NCBI GenBank assembly: GCA_000998425.1
Contig: LCDG01000003.1
Location: forward strand, 1,619-65,618
DNA length: 64,000 bases
From: Candidatus Nomurabacteria bacterium GW2011_GWC2_42_20
GTDB taxonomy: Bacteria > Patescibacteriota > Minisyncoccia > Phycocordibacterales > UBA1550
Direction: 5' to 3'
A program made the translations under genes and the position numbers. Shown here in pieces: positions 1-9,836 of this stretch. Numbering within the stretch: position 1 is the first letter of the stretch; each line of letters starts with the position of its first letter. Under the pieces are notes generated by a model. It saw only the letters and a list, made by a program, of their open reading frames with translations. It was not told the DNA's origin and did not search any database.

Positions 1-220
1 GGATATTTGAAAAAATGAGTTCGGGCGAAATGTTTTTGCCGTCGCAGGTAAAACGCGCGGGAATCACTCCGTTCGTCTCAAATGCAGGGCTAGTGATGGT
101 GAATGTCATGGACTTTTGCTGTGGTTCTGGGGTGGGCGCTTGCGGTGCTTTTGGCAGCACATACCAACTTAGAATCGCTAGAAAAATTATCCCAGTGATT
201 ATCAAAATCAAACCGCGCAT
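1..220 (-). CDS. YbhB/YbcL (PEBP/Raf-kinase-inhibitor-like) family protein, runs off window edge
   Basis: Not in ORF track. Reverse strand from ATG 220 reads MRGLILIITGIIFLAILSWYVLPKAPQAPTPEPQQKSMTFTITSPAFETNGVIPARFTCDGKNISPELIFSNI, with the SPAF..G.IP..FTCDG.N.SP.L motif. TATAAT lies 7 nt upstream. Confidence 0.85.
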   Translation of the reverse strand, partial: MRGLILIITGIIFLAILSWYVLPKAPQAPTPEPQQKSMTFTITSPAFETNGVIPARFTCDGKNISPELIFSNI

Positions 221-247
221 GATCTAAATTATAACACAAATACCCTA

Positions 248-874
248 TTACTTTACATAAAATTTCCCGAGCGGGCAATTCGCGTGACTGTGCTTCCGTG
301 CCGAGCAGTACTCGCGTCCGTAAAGAATAAGCGTGTGTGAAAAACGAACGCAGTCTTTTTTAGGGACAATTACCATTAGATCTCGTTCGATTTTGTGCGC
401 TTCGCGGTACTTCGTGAGACCAAGGAGTCGTGACAAACGGATGACGTGTGTATCGACGGCGATGCCTTCACTTGTGCCATATAATTCTCCGAGAACAACA
501 TTTGCAGTTTTTCTGCCGACACCAGGAATAGTTATCATCTCCATCATCGTCTTTGGAATCTTTCCACCAAAATCTTTTTTTATTGTTTGCGCGGCGGCAA
601 GAATATTTTTTGCTTTAGCTTTGTAGAAACCTGTTGAATAAATATCTTTTTCAAGTTCATCAGGTTTGGCATTTATATAATCGTTTAATGTTTTGTATTT
701 TTTAAAAAGCTCTTTCGTGACCTCGTTCACTTTTTTATCGGTGCATTGCGCAGACAAAATAACAGCAACGAGAAGTTCCAATGGTTTCGCGTAATGAAGA
801 GCACATTTTGGTTCAGGAAACAGTTTGGTAAGAACCGTAAGTATTTTAGGCAGGTTGACGTTTTCTTTTTTCAT
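248..874 (-). CDS. nth: Endonuclease III
   Basis: LVAVILSAQCTDKKVN, HhH motif IPGVGRKTANVVL, IAVDTHV. Confidence 0.95.
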   Translation of the reverse strand: MKKENVNLPKILTVLTKLFPEPKCALHYAKPLELLVAVILSAQCTDKKVNEVTKELFKKYKTLNDYINAKPDELEKDIYSTGFYKAKAKNILAAAQTIKKDFGGKIPKTMMEMITIPGVGRKTANVVLGELYGTSEGIAVDTHVIRLSRLLGLTKYREAHKIERDLMVIVPKKDCVRFSHTLILYGREYCSARKHSHANCPLGKFYVK

Positions 875-918
875 AAGTAATAAATGACCCGTGTTGTCTA
901 TAAGAAGTATTACACGAC

Positions 919-2814
919 TTATTCCACTGTTACCGATTTTGCAAGATTGCGAGGTTTATCGACATTGTTTCCTAGCGCGCGAGCGTAGTGATAGGCAAAA
1001 AGTTGAAGCGGAAGAATCTCTAGAGCAGGATATAGAAGCTGATTTTTTAGAGTTGGGATTATTATGACTTCAATATCTTGTAGTACTAAATTTTGCGCGC
1101 CTAGCTCGTCAGTAACGACAATTACATTTCCACCCTTAGAGAGAACTTGTTCCAAAGAATTTTTATTTAATGCAAAGAGATCGTCATGCGGCATAATGAT
1201 GATTGAGAGAGCATTATTATCAATAATTGCTATTGGTCCATGCTTAAGCTCGCCCAGCGGGTAGCTCCCTGTTTCAAGATATGTTAATTCCTTGAACTTT
1301 AGTGATGCTTCGATACATATCGGCACGTGGATCCCGCGTCCGAGGAAATTTATTGTTCTAATTCCTTTGCTTGCGTAATTCTCGGCAAGCCTCTTTATTT
1401 CAGACTCAGTTGTCTCCAACGTTTTTATCATTAGATTCGGAATTTTATTGAGCTCGTTCAAAATACTTTGTCCTTCTTGTGGCGTCATACCTCTTTCTCG
1501 CGCTAATTTTATTGCAAGTAAATAAAAAATGGCAAGTTGTGCAATAAAGGCTTTGGTAGACGCCACGCCAATCTCAAACCCTGCCCTTGCGTACACCCCA
1601 GCATCGACAGCTTCTGCTATAGCGCTTCCAACAACATTCACAATACCAAAGGTAGTATAACCTTTACGACGCGCTTCCTTTACCGACTCAAGAGTATCTG
1701 CTGTTTCTCCAGACTGGCTTACCGCAAAAAGTATTGCTTCCTCGGGGCTTATTGGCACCTTTTTATAACGAAACTCTGATGCGATTTCATTTCTAACAGG
1801 GAGATTGGCTAATGTTTCAATGAGTATTCCGCCAACAAGTGCCGCATTGTGTGCTGTACCACATGCAACAGTAATCACCTGCCTAGCGTGACGTAGCATA
1901 TCCTCGTAGTCGATTAATCCACCCAAAACCGCGTCACCAGTTGTCTCATCATAACGCCCCAGTATTGTGGTTCTAAAAACAGAGGGTTGCTCATGAATTT
2001 CTTTTTTCATAAACGACTCATACTCCCCCATTGACATGTCTTCTCGTGAATGATCAGTAATCGTTGTTGTTTCCTTTGTAATTAAGTTTTCTCTGTCCTG
2101 TATCGTACCGATTTTGTACGATACATTCCCGCTACCAATTGAAAGGTCGGCGTACTCTCCATCTGCAAGAGTAATAAAAGTATTCGTGTATGCGAGAATT
2201 GCGTTTGAACTTGATGCGGCGATTAAGGTATCTTTGAGCACACCAAAAAGGAGCGGACTACCGTGTTTTGCTAGGAGAAGACGATCTGGTTCATTTGATG
2301 AAATTAATGCAAGGCCAAAGCTACCATCGAGGCACGCAGCTGTGTCTAGGAATGCATCCTTAACCGAACTCCCTTCTTTTATTTTTTGCTCTATAAGGTG
2401 TGGTATTACCTCGGTATCTGTTGTGGATGAAAATGTGTGGCCGAGCGCGATAAGTTCCTTTCGCAACAATTCATGATTTAATATCGTCCCGTTATGCACA
2501 ATCGCCAGTGTATCTGTGCAATCAAAGTGCGGATGAGCATTTTCCTCAGATGGCTTACCGTGCGTTGCCCATCTATTGTGACCAATGGCTACAGAAAGTC
2601 CGTCGCTAGTAACTCCAAGCTCCTCTGAAATCTGTTGTGGCACGAAAACATCGCTCGGCGCGCCAAGTCTATGTACCCGCCTGATTTCCCCTGTATTGAT
2701 AATCGCTATACCAGTACTGTCGTAACCACGATACTCAAGATTTTTTAGGGATGAAATAATCTCAGGAACTAGATTACGTTTTTCGCTAGTGATGATGCCT
2801 ACAATGCCACACAT
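919..2814 (-). CDS. glmS: Glutamine--fructose-6-phosphate aminotransferase
   Basis: N-term MCGIVG, LEYRGYDSTG, GHNRWATHG, C-term PRNLAKSVTVE. Confidence 0.97.
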   Translation of the reverse strand: MCGIVGIITSEKRNLVPEIISSLKNLEYRGYDSTGIAIINTGEIRRVHRLGAPSDVFVPQQISEELGVTSDGLSVAIGHNRWATHGKPSEENAHPHFDCTDTLAIVHNGTILNHELLRKELIALGHTFSSTTDTEVIPHLIEQKIKEGSSVKDAFLDTAACLDGSFGLALISSNEPDRLLLAKHGSPLLFGVLKDTLIAASSSNAILAYTNTFITLADGEYADLSIGSGNVSYKIGTIQDRENLITKETTTITDHSREDMSMGEYESFMKKEIHEQPSVFRTTILGRYDETTGDAVLGGLIDYEDMLRHARQVITVACGTAHNAALVGGILIETLANLPVRNEIASEFRYKKVPISPEEAILFAVSQSGETADTLESVKEARRKGYTTFGIVNVVGSAIAEAVDAGVYARAGFEIGVASTKAFIAQLAIFYLLAIKLARERGMTPQEGQSILNELNKIPNLMIKTLETTESEIKRLAENYASKGIRTINFLGRGIHVPICIEASLKFKELTYLETGSYPLGELKHGPIAIIDNNALSIIIMPHDDLFALNKNSLEQVLSKGGNVIVVTDELGAQNLVLQDIEVIIIPTLKNQLLYPALEILPLQLFAYHYARALGNNVDKPRNLAKSVTVE

Positions 2815-2815
2815 A

Positions 2816-3406
2816 TTATTGGATATGAATTATTGGATACTGGGCAAACTCTGGCAATAAATTTTTACCGTGCAAAAGGCGGGAAAATGCTTCTGCTTCA
2901 TATTTAGCTCCATTTAACCCATGATGGGGTTTAGGCTCTTCTGGCAGGCCTAGGTATTTTAAAATGGTATCGAGACTCAAATCTGCTCTGTCGTTTTTGT
3001 GCTGTATTGCGACATCGCGCTTCACCATGTCCATATATGCCATTGAGTTGAGGTCGAGTGTGCGATATGAAAAATGCCATCCGATACTCGATCGCGCGAA
3101 AGAATTGTTTAGAAAATCACGGTCAAAGGATGGGTTCTGACCAGCAAGTGTTTTGTCTTCGCATTGCTCTACCCAATGCAAAAAGTTTTCCATGAGTTCT
3201 TTTAGTGAATGTTTTTTGGAGTCCATACATTCCTGTTTCGTGAATCCGTTGACTGCGAGCGCGTCACTCATTATACTCGCGCCATCCCACATACGACATT
3301 CGCCATAAAATTGGCGCTCTGGGTGCTCGAAATCTACAGCACCAATACTTAGAATTGAGTGTTTTTGCGGATCGAGTCCTGTAGCTTCAATATCGGCAAC
3401 TATCAT
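2816..3406 (-). CDS. DEDDh 3'-5' exonuclease (DnaQ-like)
   Basis: VADIEATGLD, GQNPSFDRDFL, late HHGL motif. Confidence 0.85.
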   Translation of the reverse strand: MIVADIEATGLDPQKHSILSIGAVDFEHPERQFYGECRMWDGASIMSDALAVNGFTKQECMDSKKHSLKELMENFLHWVEQCEDKTLAGQNPSFDRDFLNNSFARSSIGWHFSYRTLDLNSMAYMDMVKRDVAIQHKNDRADLSLDTILKYLGLPEEPKPHHGLNGAKYEAEAFSRLLHGKNLLPEFAQYPIIHIQ

Positions 3407-3460
3407 ATCAGCTGATTATATCACAAATCCAATTACCCCACCTACTTAGTAATTTGCTAT

Positions 3461-4477
3461 TTAAAGTGAAGAGAATTGTTTACTTACTTTACCTGTCGCT
3501 AGAATTTTTTCTGTAAAACCGATGGTTTCCTTGGAGAACCAATCATTCGCTACATATCGCTCAAGATCCTCTACTGTGTGCGCGTCTGAACCACCAAGGG
3601 CGAGCAATTCATACTTTTTTGCCATATTGCGAAGCGCGTCACGTTCTGTGTTCATCTCTGCCTCACCAATTGTTCCATACTCGCGAATGCCATACACAAC
3701 CTCAACTCCATCAAGACGTTTCTCATATAGCAGACGTTCAAGCACGTGAAGCGGCATTTTTTGTTGAACCGTAAAATAATGCGCCAGTATAGCCACCCCG
3801 CCAGACTCGCGAATAAGTTTTACCGATTCATCGAGATCTGGCATGTATTCGTGCTCCGCATACCCATTTCGAAACGCATTCGGGGTAAGAAAAAGCGCGT
3901 ACGGGTAATTGTTCTCCCCTTTTTGCATCATACGTGTGTATTGTTCCTGGATTGCAGGATTGGTGGAGGCTTCTGTAGCCATTTCTATACGAATTTTTTC
4001 GATTACGACATTGTTCTCGGGGTATTTTTTAATAGCTTGAACTATGTGCGGCCTGCCAACAGACTCCCCTCCCGACATTTCAAGACAGTCGGTTTCTGTG
4101 ATTTTAAATCCTAAATTTTGAAGATTATCAACAATCTTCCTCATTCTTTTTCTTCGAGCATCTTGCGCTAGCCTGCAGTGAGCAAGAAGCTTTTTGTTTT
4201 TTGGGTTAACAAAAAGTCCTATAATGTGCATTGCGCCTGTCTCTGGATAAAGCTCCGTTGGTAGATTTGCTGTAATTTCAATACCTATCACCCACTTTGT
4301 TTTTTCTTCGCGAAGTGTTTCAAGTTCAGAAATTATTGTATCTGTTGGTACAGAATCGTGGTCCGTAAATGCGACAATAGAGATCCCTAGCGTTTGAGCC
4401 AATTCAAACATTTCACGATGGGATAGTTTCCCGTCAGAAAGTGTCGTGTGCGTATGAAGTGATTCAATTGATGTCAT
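3461..4477 (-). CDS. PHP-domain phosphoesterase (TrpH/YciV-like)
   Basis: LHTHTTLSDG, AFTDHD, GRPHI, LAHY, GGSDAH. Confidence 0.9.
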   Translation of the reverse strand: MTSIESLHTHTTLSDGKLSHREMFELAQTLGISIVAFTDHDSVPTDTIISELETLREEKTKWVIGIEITANLPTELYPETGAMHIIGLFVNPKNKKLLAHCRLAQDARRKRMRKIVDNLQNLGFKITETDCLEMSGGESVGRPHIVQAIKKYPENNVVIEKIRIEMATEASTNPAIQEQYTRMMQKGENNYPYALFLTPNAFRNGYAEHEYMPDLDESVKLIRESGGVAILAHYFTVQQKMPLHVLERLLYEKRLDGVEVVYGIREYGTIGEAEMNTERDALRNMAKKYELLALGGSDAHTVEDLERYVANDWFSKETIGFTEKILATGKVSKQFSSL

Positions 4478-4495
4478 ACAGTTATTTTAGCATGC

Positions 4496-4918
4496 TCAGA
4501 GACCTTTGCATGTTGCCGATGGTGTATACCCTCGAGCCTCTGCCTCCGTTTTTGATGTGAAATGTATTATATTTGCTTGAGCTATTTTTTGTACGCCAGT
4601 GCACCAAGGATAATAATACTTTGTACCATTCTTTGAGCCAACGAGTTGGTCTCCTGCTGAATTTATGATACTAGCAGCTTGTCCGCCTGCTAGTGCTTTT
4701 TGATAGGAAGTCTCCTTGGTAGCTTCTGTAATATTTTCAAACCGAACAGGTGTTTTTGACCCCTCTATTTTAGAGAGTCGTCCAAGCCCAAAAGATGCAA
4801 AAGCAATAAGTATTAAAATTAGCCCCAAGAATACGTCATCTGGGATAATCCTTAAATTTACTTGTTTACGTACGTTAATCCCCTTGATTTTTTCAACTAT
4901 CTTCTGTATACTTGTCAT
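4496..4918 (-). CDS. Membrane-anchored protein with C-terminal Ada-like metal-binding domain
   Basis: TM segment, then GSKNGTKYYYPWC...F.S..EAEARGYTP..C. Confidence 0.75.
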   Translation of the reverse strand: MTSIQKIVEKIKGINVRKQVNLRIIPDDVFLGLILILIAFASFGLGRLSKIEGSKTPVRFENITEATKETSYQKALAGGQAASIINSAGDQLVGSKNGTKYYYPWCTGVQKIAQANIIHFTSKTEAEARGYTPSATCKGL

Positions 4919-4966
4919 TACTTTAGATTATAGGCGTTTTATAGATATTTACGAAATTTTTACACC

Positions 4967-5239
4967 ATGGCAACACGAAAAGCTGGCGGATCCGCCAAAA
5001 ACCTAACTGATTCAACAGCAAAGTACCTTGGTACTAAGCTTTATGATGGAGAGACTGCAAAGGCTGGCTCAATTATTGTGCGTCAGCGAGGTACAAAGAT
5101 TCTTGCAGGAACCAATGTTGCTATCGGCAAGGACCACACCCTCTACGCTCTCAAGGAAGGAATTGTAGAATTCTCTGAGAAGCGCAAAGGAAACTTTGAT
5201 GGCACAACTACGCGTCGCAAGGTAGCGAGCGTGAAATAG
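4967..5239 (+). CDS. rpmA: 50S ribosomal protein L27
   Basis: [36 protein letters not shown]. Confidence 0.97.
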   Translation: MATRKAGGSAKNLTDSTAKYLGTKLYDGETAKAGSIIVRQRGTKILAGTNVAIGKDHTLYALKEGIVEFSEKRKGNFDGTTTRRKVASVK

Positions 5240-5252
5240 AAACATTATACAC

Positions 5253-5284
5253 GAAACTCCGACTCATTAATGAGTCGGAGTTTC
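5253..5284 (+). terminator. Intrinsic terminator-like perfect 32-bp palindrome after rpmA
   Basis: GAAACTCCGACTCATT/AATGAGTCGGAGTTTC. Confidence 0.75.
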
Positions 5285-5304
5285 TGTTGTGCCTCGTGGT
5301 GTTG

Positions 5305-5333
5305 TTGACTTTATTCAGCAAATCTTGTACAAT
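5305..5333 (+). promoter_or_regulatory. sigma70-type promoter for the 5366 orphan
   Basis: TTGACT-17nt-TACAAT. Confidence 0.7.
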
Positions 5334-5365
5334 TAAAAGAGATAGTCAATGAATGGGGGCGTACA

Positions 5366-5686
5366 ATGCTAGACGAGAATCCAGCACGTAATGAGTGCGA
5401 TGAATGGATGAGAATATCTAAAACAAATGAGCTTCTAGGTCCCGAATGTTTTGTTCTTGTTAAGAATAATTTTCACCTACACTTTGCAAATAATTTCGTT
5501 GGACGTATATATCGCGAACAAAACGCTTACAAAGAATGCTTTAAAGGCAATTCGAATTTTCCAAGGCTTGCCGAATATTTAATTGCTCGTGGTAATCGCC
5601 CATCTATAATATATATTGCGCTATTGTACGAGGCATATAAAATGATGCGCATATATGCAGAATCAAACTGGGAAATGTTCCAGTAA
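5366..5686 (+). CDS. Hypothetical protein (stand-alone accessory cassette)
   Basis: 106-aa ORF with own promoter, GGGGG SD and downstream hairpin. Confidence 0.65.
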   Translation: MLDENPARNECDEWMRISKTNELLGPECFVLVKNNFHLHFANNFVGRIYREQNAYKECFKGNSNFPRLAEYLIARGNRPSIIYIALLYEAYKMMRIYAESNWEMFQ

Positions 5687-5690
5687 TCCT

Positions 5691-5718
5691 AGGATCGTCT
5701 TACCTATAAGACGATCCT
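5691..5718. terminator. Terminator between 5366 ORF and convergent rplI
   Basis: AGGATCGTCTTA-CCTA-TAAGACGATCCT followed by T-run. Confidence 0.8.
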
Positions 5719-5720
5719 TT

Positions 5721-6164
5721 TTATTTAACTGCTCCCACTACAACCTTAAGTGTCGACTTATTCTTTTCAATAACCACTGGGATTTCATATGTGCCAATTT
5801 CTTTTAGTGGGCGGTCGAGCATGATATAGTCTGGATGCATATCAATATGTGCAGATCGTTTGAGCTCTGCCAAAAGTTCTTCTTTATGGATACTTGCAAA
5901 GAGATGTCCCTTCTCGTTAGCCTTACCTAGAAGAGTGATGGTCGCACCAGAAAGTACCTCGAGATTTTTCATCAATAACTCAGTATGAACTTTTTTTAGT
6001 GTTGCATCTGTTGCCATTTTACTTTGTATACGCGCAAGAACCTCCTTTGTAGCAGGCTCAGCTATTCTTTGCATAACAAGATGTCGCCCATACCCATCTG
6101 CAACATCTTTGACTTCATATTTTTTACCTACACGCGGGACATCTTTTAAAAATACAATTTTCAT
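5721..6164 (-). CDS. rplI: 50S ribosomal protein L9
   Basis: MKIVFLKDVPRVGK..EVKDVADGYGR, G.LFASI, PLKEIG.Y. Confidence 0.95.
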   Translation of the reverse strand: MKIVFLKDVPRVGKKYEVKDVADGYGRHLVMQRIAEPATKEVLARIQSKMATDATLKKVHTELLMKNLEVLSGATITLLGKANEKGHLFASIHKEELLAELKRSAHIDMHPDYIMLDRPLKEIGTYEIPVVIEKNKSTLKVVVGAVK

Positions 6165-6168
6165 AATA

Positions 6169-7401
6169 TTATCGTTTAAAATCAGGGTCTTTTAAGATTG
6201 CTACAGCTTTATCCATCTGAGGATCAAGTTTTTTCTCTATATCATTCTTTGTTATCTCTACCTTTACATCTGGTTCAAGACCATTTTCTGAAATTGATAA
6301 TCCATTTGGAGTGAGCCATTTTGCAATAGTAACCTTGAGCGAGGTTTCTGGTGTTATCTCAATAAGTTCCTGCACGGATCCTTTGCCAAAGCTTTTTTCA
6401 CCGACAAGTTTTGCAATTTTGTGTTCATGAAGGGCGCCGGCGAGAATTTCTGAGGCTGACGCAGAACCCTCGTTGATAAGAATCACCATCTTCAAATTCT
6501 CAGTGAATACATCGTACCCTCTGCTCTTTTCTGATTTTTGCTTTGACTTTATCCCACCGTCCTCAATGACGACAGTTTTCCCTATCGGAAGAAAGAAGCT
6601 CGCCATATCAACAGCTGCTTCAAGGTATCCGCCTGGATTACTACGCAGATCAAGCACTAGCTTATCGGAGCCTGATTCAATAAACTCACGAAGAGCTCCA
6701 CGAAATAGATTTGCGGAGTTTGCCGAGAAGTTATAAAGAGAAATCACAAAAACACCGTCATCGCGAAGCTCTGTGTCTATGGTTGGGATATTTATAATAT
6801 CGCGCGTCACATTGATATCTTCCACTCCCCCATTTCTCTTAATAACAAGCACAACGGTGCTCCCACGCGGGCCACGAATATGCTGGACGGCTTCCTCTAC
6901 CGTCATGCCACCTGTATAAAGTTTATCAATTTTTAAAATTTGGTCGCCAGGCAGTATTCCTGCGCGTTCTGCCGGGGTGCCTTTAAGTGGCGCAACAACA
7001 GTAATCACCTTGTCTTTTAAAGCAATCTCCATCCCAACCCCCTCAAAGCTTCCTCTAACCTCCTCCTCAAATGCTGTCGTTTCCTTTGGTGGGAAAAACA
7101 CAGTGTACGGATCACCATAGGAAGCTGTTAACCCCTCAATAGCCCCCCATACTTTTGCCTCGTCGCTTGGTATAGATGATGATGCAGAAGTTGCGACAAA
7201 TCGGTTTTCTAATACGTCAAGCGTTTTCCATAAAGGATTAAGGTCAAGCCTATTTTGTGGTGTAGTATTCGTGGCCTCGTACGTACTCACAACAAGAAGA
7301 GCGTTTTTCTGACCAATTTGCATACCAGCGCCGAATGCGCCAACAACTCCAATGATGGTCAGAACAGTAAGAGTATTTTTACTAATAGATGATTTCATCA
7401 C
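6169..7401 (-). CDS. ctpA: S41 family C-terminal processing peptidase with PDZ domain
   Basis: GDPYT, PDZ (GTPAERAGILPGD), LDLRSNPGGYL, SASASEILAGAL, SFGKGSVQ. Confidence 0.92.
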   Translation of the reverse strand: MMKSSISKNTLTVLTIIGVVGAFGAGMQIGQKNALLVVSTYEATNTTPQNRLDLNPLWKTLDVLENRFVATSASSSIPSDEAKVWGAIEGLTASYGDPYTVFFPPKETTAFEEEVRGSFEGVGMEIALKDKVITVVAPLKGTPAERAGILPGDQILKIDKLYTGGMTVEEAVQHIRGPRGSTVVLVIKRNGGVEDINVTRDIINIPTIDTELRDDGVFVISLYNFSANSANLFRGALREFIESGSDKLVLDLRSNPGGYLEAAVDMASFFLPIGKTVVIEDGGIKSKQKSEKSRGYDVFTENLKMVILINEGSASASEILAGALHEHKIAKLVGEKSFGKGSVQELIEITPETSLKVTIAKWLTPNGLSISENGLEPDVKVEITKNDIEKKLDPQMDKAVAILKDPDFKR

Positions 7402-7491
7402 GTGTAGTATCGCAAAAGTTTACAATCTGGTCAATGTTTGTTGAAATCTAATTTGATGATATTAAATATTTAATATGTTATAATTTCAAGC

Positions 7492-8409
7492 ATGATTTCG
7501 CGATACAAATATAAGGACCTCGTTTGGGTAGACGTACTATCGCCAACTCCAGAGGAAGTACGTGTTCTTATGGATGAATTTAATATCCACCCATTGGTCG
7601 CAGAGGAGCTTTTGACCCCAACCCTTCGTTCAAAGGTGGATCTATATGATGATTTTATTTATCTCATTCTGCACTTCCCAACAATATCACATAAGCACGA
7701 TGGAGGTAGGGATCAAGAAATCGATTTTATTATTGGTGATAAGTTTATTATCACATCGCACTACGACTTTGTTGATCAGCTTCACGAATTCTCAAAAGCA
7801 TTTGAAGTAAATTCAATTCTAGAAAAATCGAATATCGGGGATCATGCTGGGTTTATTCTATTTTATATACTAAAAGATCTTTATAAGATGCTTGATGGCG
7901 AGCTCGAGCATATCAGTCACGACTTTAACGAAATTCAGGCAAAGATTTTTGGTGGGAATGAGCGTGACATGGTTAATTCCATTTCGCACCTAAATCGTGA
8001 TCTGCTTAATTTCAAACAGATTCTTCGCCCACACAAAGAGGTTCTCGAGTCATTTGAGATTGCCGGCACTAAATTTTTTGGTGAAGATTTTTCCTATTAT
8101 TTACATACTGTTGTTGGTGAATTCTACAAAATATCATCGATTCTCGATGGGCACCGTGAGACAGTACTCGACCTGCGCGACACAAATGATTCACTTCTTA
8201 CTACAAAAACAAATGACATCATGAAAACTCTCACAGTAACTGCTTTCATTATTCTCCCTCTCACATTTATAGGGCAAGTATTTGGAATGAGCGTTTCAAG
8301 CATACCGCTAGCTAGCAACCCAAACGCATTCTGGATTATATTGGCCACAATGGGCGTCGTCGGCGTCTGCCTTTTTAGCTACTTCAAGTTTTTTAAGAAA
8401 TGGATGTAA
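7492..8409 (+). CDS. corA: CorA-family Mg2+/Co2+ transporter
   Basis: WVD...P..EE, IHPL..E, N.IMKTLTV, PLTFIGQVFGMS (GMN variant), two C-terminal TMs. Confidence 0.88.
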   Translation: MISRYKYKDLVWVDVLSPTPEEVRVLMDEFNIHPLVAEELLTPTLRSKVDLYDDFIYLILHFPTISHKHDGGRDQEIDFIIGDKFIITSHYDFVDQLHEFSKAFEVNSILEKSNIGDHAGFILFYILKDLYKMLDGELEHISHDFNEIQAKIFGGNERDMVNSISHLNRDLLNFKQILRPHKEVLESFEIAGTKFFGEDFSYYLHTVVGEFYKISSILDGHRETVLDLRDTNDSLLTTKTNDIMKTLTVTAFIILPLTFIGQVFGMSVSSIPLASNPNAFWIILATMGVVGVCLFSYFKFFKKWM

Positions 8410-9752
8410 GACTGTTTAATACACTCTCGCGCTCTATCGAGAAACTCGAGCCGATTAATGATAATGAGATTCGAATGTACCACTGTGGTCCTACAGTTTA
8501 CGACTACGCGCATGTTGGGAACCTACGTGCCTTTATTGTAAATGATACATTGAGACGAACACTTGAGTACCTAAATTACAACGTAAAACAGGTGATGAAC
8601 ATCACAGATGTTGACGACAAAATGATTGCTCGCGCAAGGCAAGAAGGGGTTACGATTCAAGCTCTTGCGCGAGAGTATACAAATTTCCTACTCGCTGATT
8701 TTAAAGCGTTAAATATCCTCACACCACACAAAATACCGCATGCTACCGAGCATATTGGTGGTATGGTCGTGATGATTGAAAAGCTGATTCGCGATGGATA
8801 TGCGTACACTACTTCAGACGGAATATATTTTGATGTTACTAAATCAAAAAATTATGGCTCTCTCGCGCAGCTTGATCTTGACGCAAGCACTGAGTCGCGA
8901 ATAGAGAGTACAGGAGAGAAGAGGTCACATCGAGACTTCGCTCTCTGGAAGTTTGAATCCAAGGACGACAACGGAGTAGCTTATGATGCATCTTTCGGGC
9001 GAGGAAGACCTGGTTGGCATATTGAATGTTCAGAAATGGCATGCGACTCACTTGGAGAAACAATAGATATTCATACAGGTGGTGTTGACCTTATTTTCCC
9101 ACACCACACGAACGAGATTGCACAATCAGAAGCAGTAAATAAGAAGCCTTTTGTGCGTACGTGGGTTCACACTGAATTTGTTATGATAGATGGCCAAAAA
9201 ATGTCTAAATCACTTGGCAATCACACAACACTAAAAACTGTCACAGAGCGTGGCTTCTCCCCCCTCTCCTTTAGATATTTCGTATTAGGCACTCACTATC
9301 GTTCAAAGCTCAATTTTACGTGGGATGCGCTTGATGGCGCTCAGAATGCATTAAAAAAATTAAATGAATCATTTCGCGAACTTCCAGATGGTGGGACCCC
9401 CGTACCGACTGAGCTCGCGAATTTTGAAAATGCTTTATGTAACGATATGCATATTACATGGGTACTTGCGCGCATATGGCAAATCCTAAAAGAGGAACCT
9501 AGTATCCCCCCTGCAGATAAAAAAGCGACAATTCTTGAATTCGACAAGGTGCTAGGTCTTGGACTCGTAAATGTAAAAAAAGAAACGATACCAAGCAATA
9601 TAGTAGCTTTGGCCAAAGCTCGTGAGGAAGCTCGCAAAAATAAGGATTGGATAAAATCGGATAAAATCCGTGAGGAAATCAATTCCCTTGGGTGGAGTGT
9701 TGAGGACACAGATAAGGGCCCAAAAATCATAAGATTAGACGTTCAGGAATAG
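8400..9752 (+). CDS. cysS: Cysteine--tRNA ligase
   Basis: CGPTVYDYAHVGN, GRPGWHIECS, FPHHTNE, KMSKS. Confidence 0.97.
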   Translation: MDVRLFNTLSRSIEKLEPINDNEIRMYHCGPTVYDYAHVGNLRAFIVNDTLRRTLEYLNYNVKQVMNITDVDDKMIARARQEGVTIQALAREYTNFLLADFKALNILTPHKIPHATEHIGGMVVMIEKLIRDGYAYTTSDGIYFDVTKSKNYGSLAQLDLDASTESRIESTGEKRSHRDFALWKFESKDDNGVAYDASFGRGRPGWHIECSEMACDSLGETIDIHTGGVDLIFPHHTNEIAQSEAVNKKPFVRTWVHTEFVMIDGQKMSKSLGNHTTLKTVTERGFSPLSFRYFVLGTHYRSKLNFTWDALDGAQNALKKLNESFRELPDGGTPVPTELANFENALCNDMHITWVLARIWQILKEEPSIPPADKKATILEFDKVLGLGLVNVKKETIPSNIVALAKAREEARKNKDWIKSDKIREEINSLGWSVEDTDKGPKIIRLDVQE

Positions 9753-9836
9753 TTTTTGTGGCATAATTTTGTATCCACCGCTTATCCCCTATTTTTTCCA
9801 CGATTTTGTTTTTGTGAGAATTGAAGCTGTGCTAGA

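Noticed and set aside
15-278. ORFs 15..227 (+) and 90..278 (-)
   Set aside because: Shadows of the real minus-strand YbhB/YbcL gene starting at 220, which runs off the window.
2810-2830. glmS ribozyme
   Set aside because: glmS starts 1 nt after the upstream gene's stop, leaving no leader.
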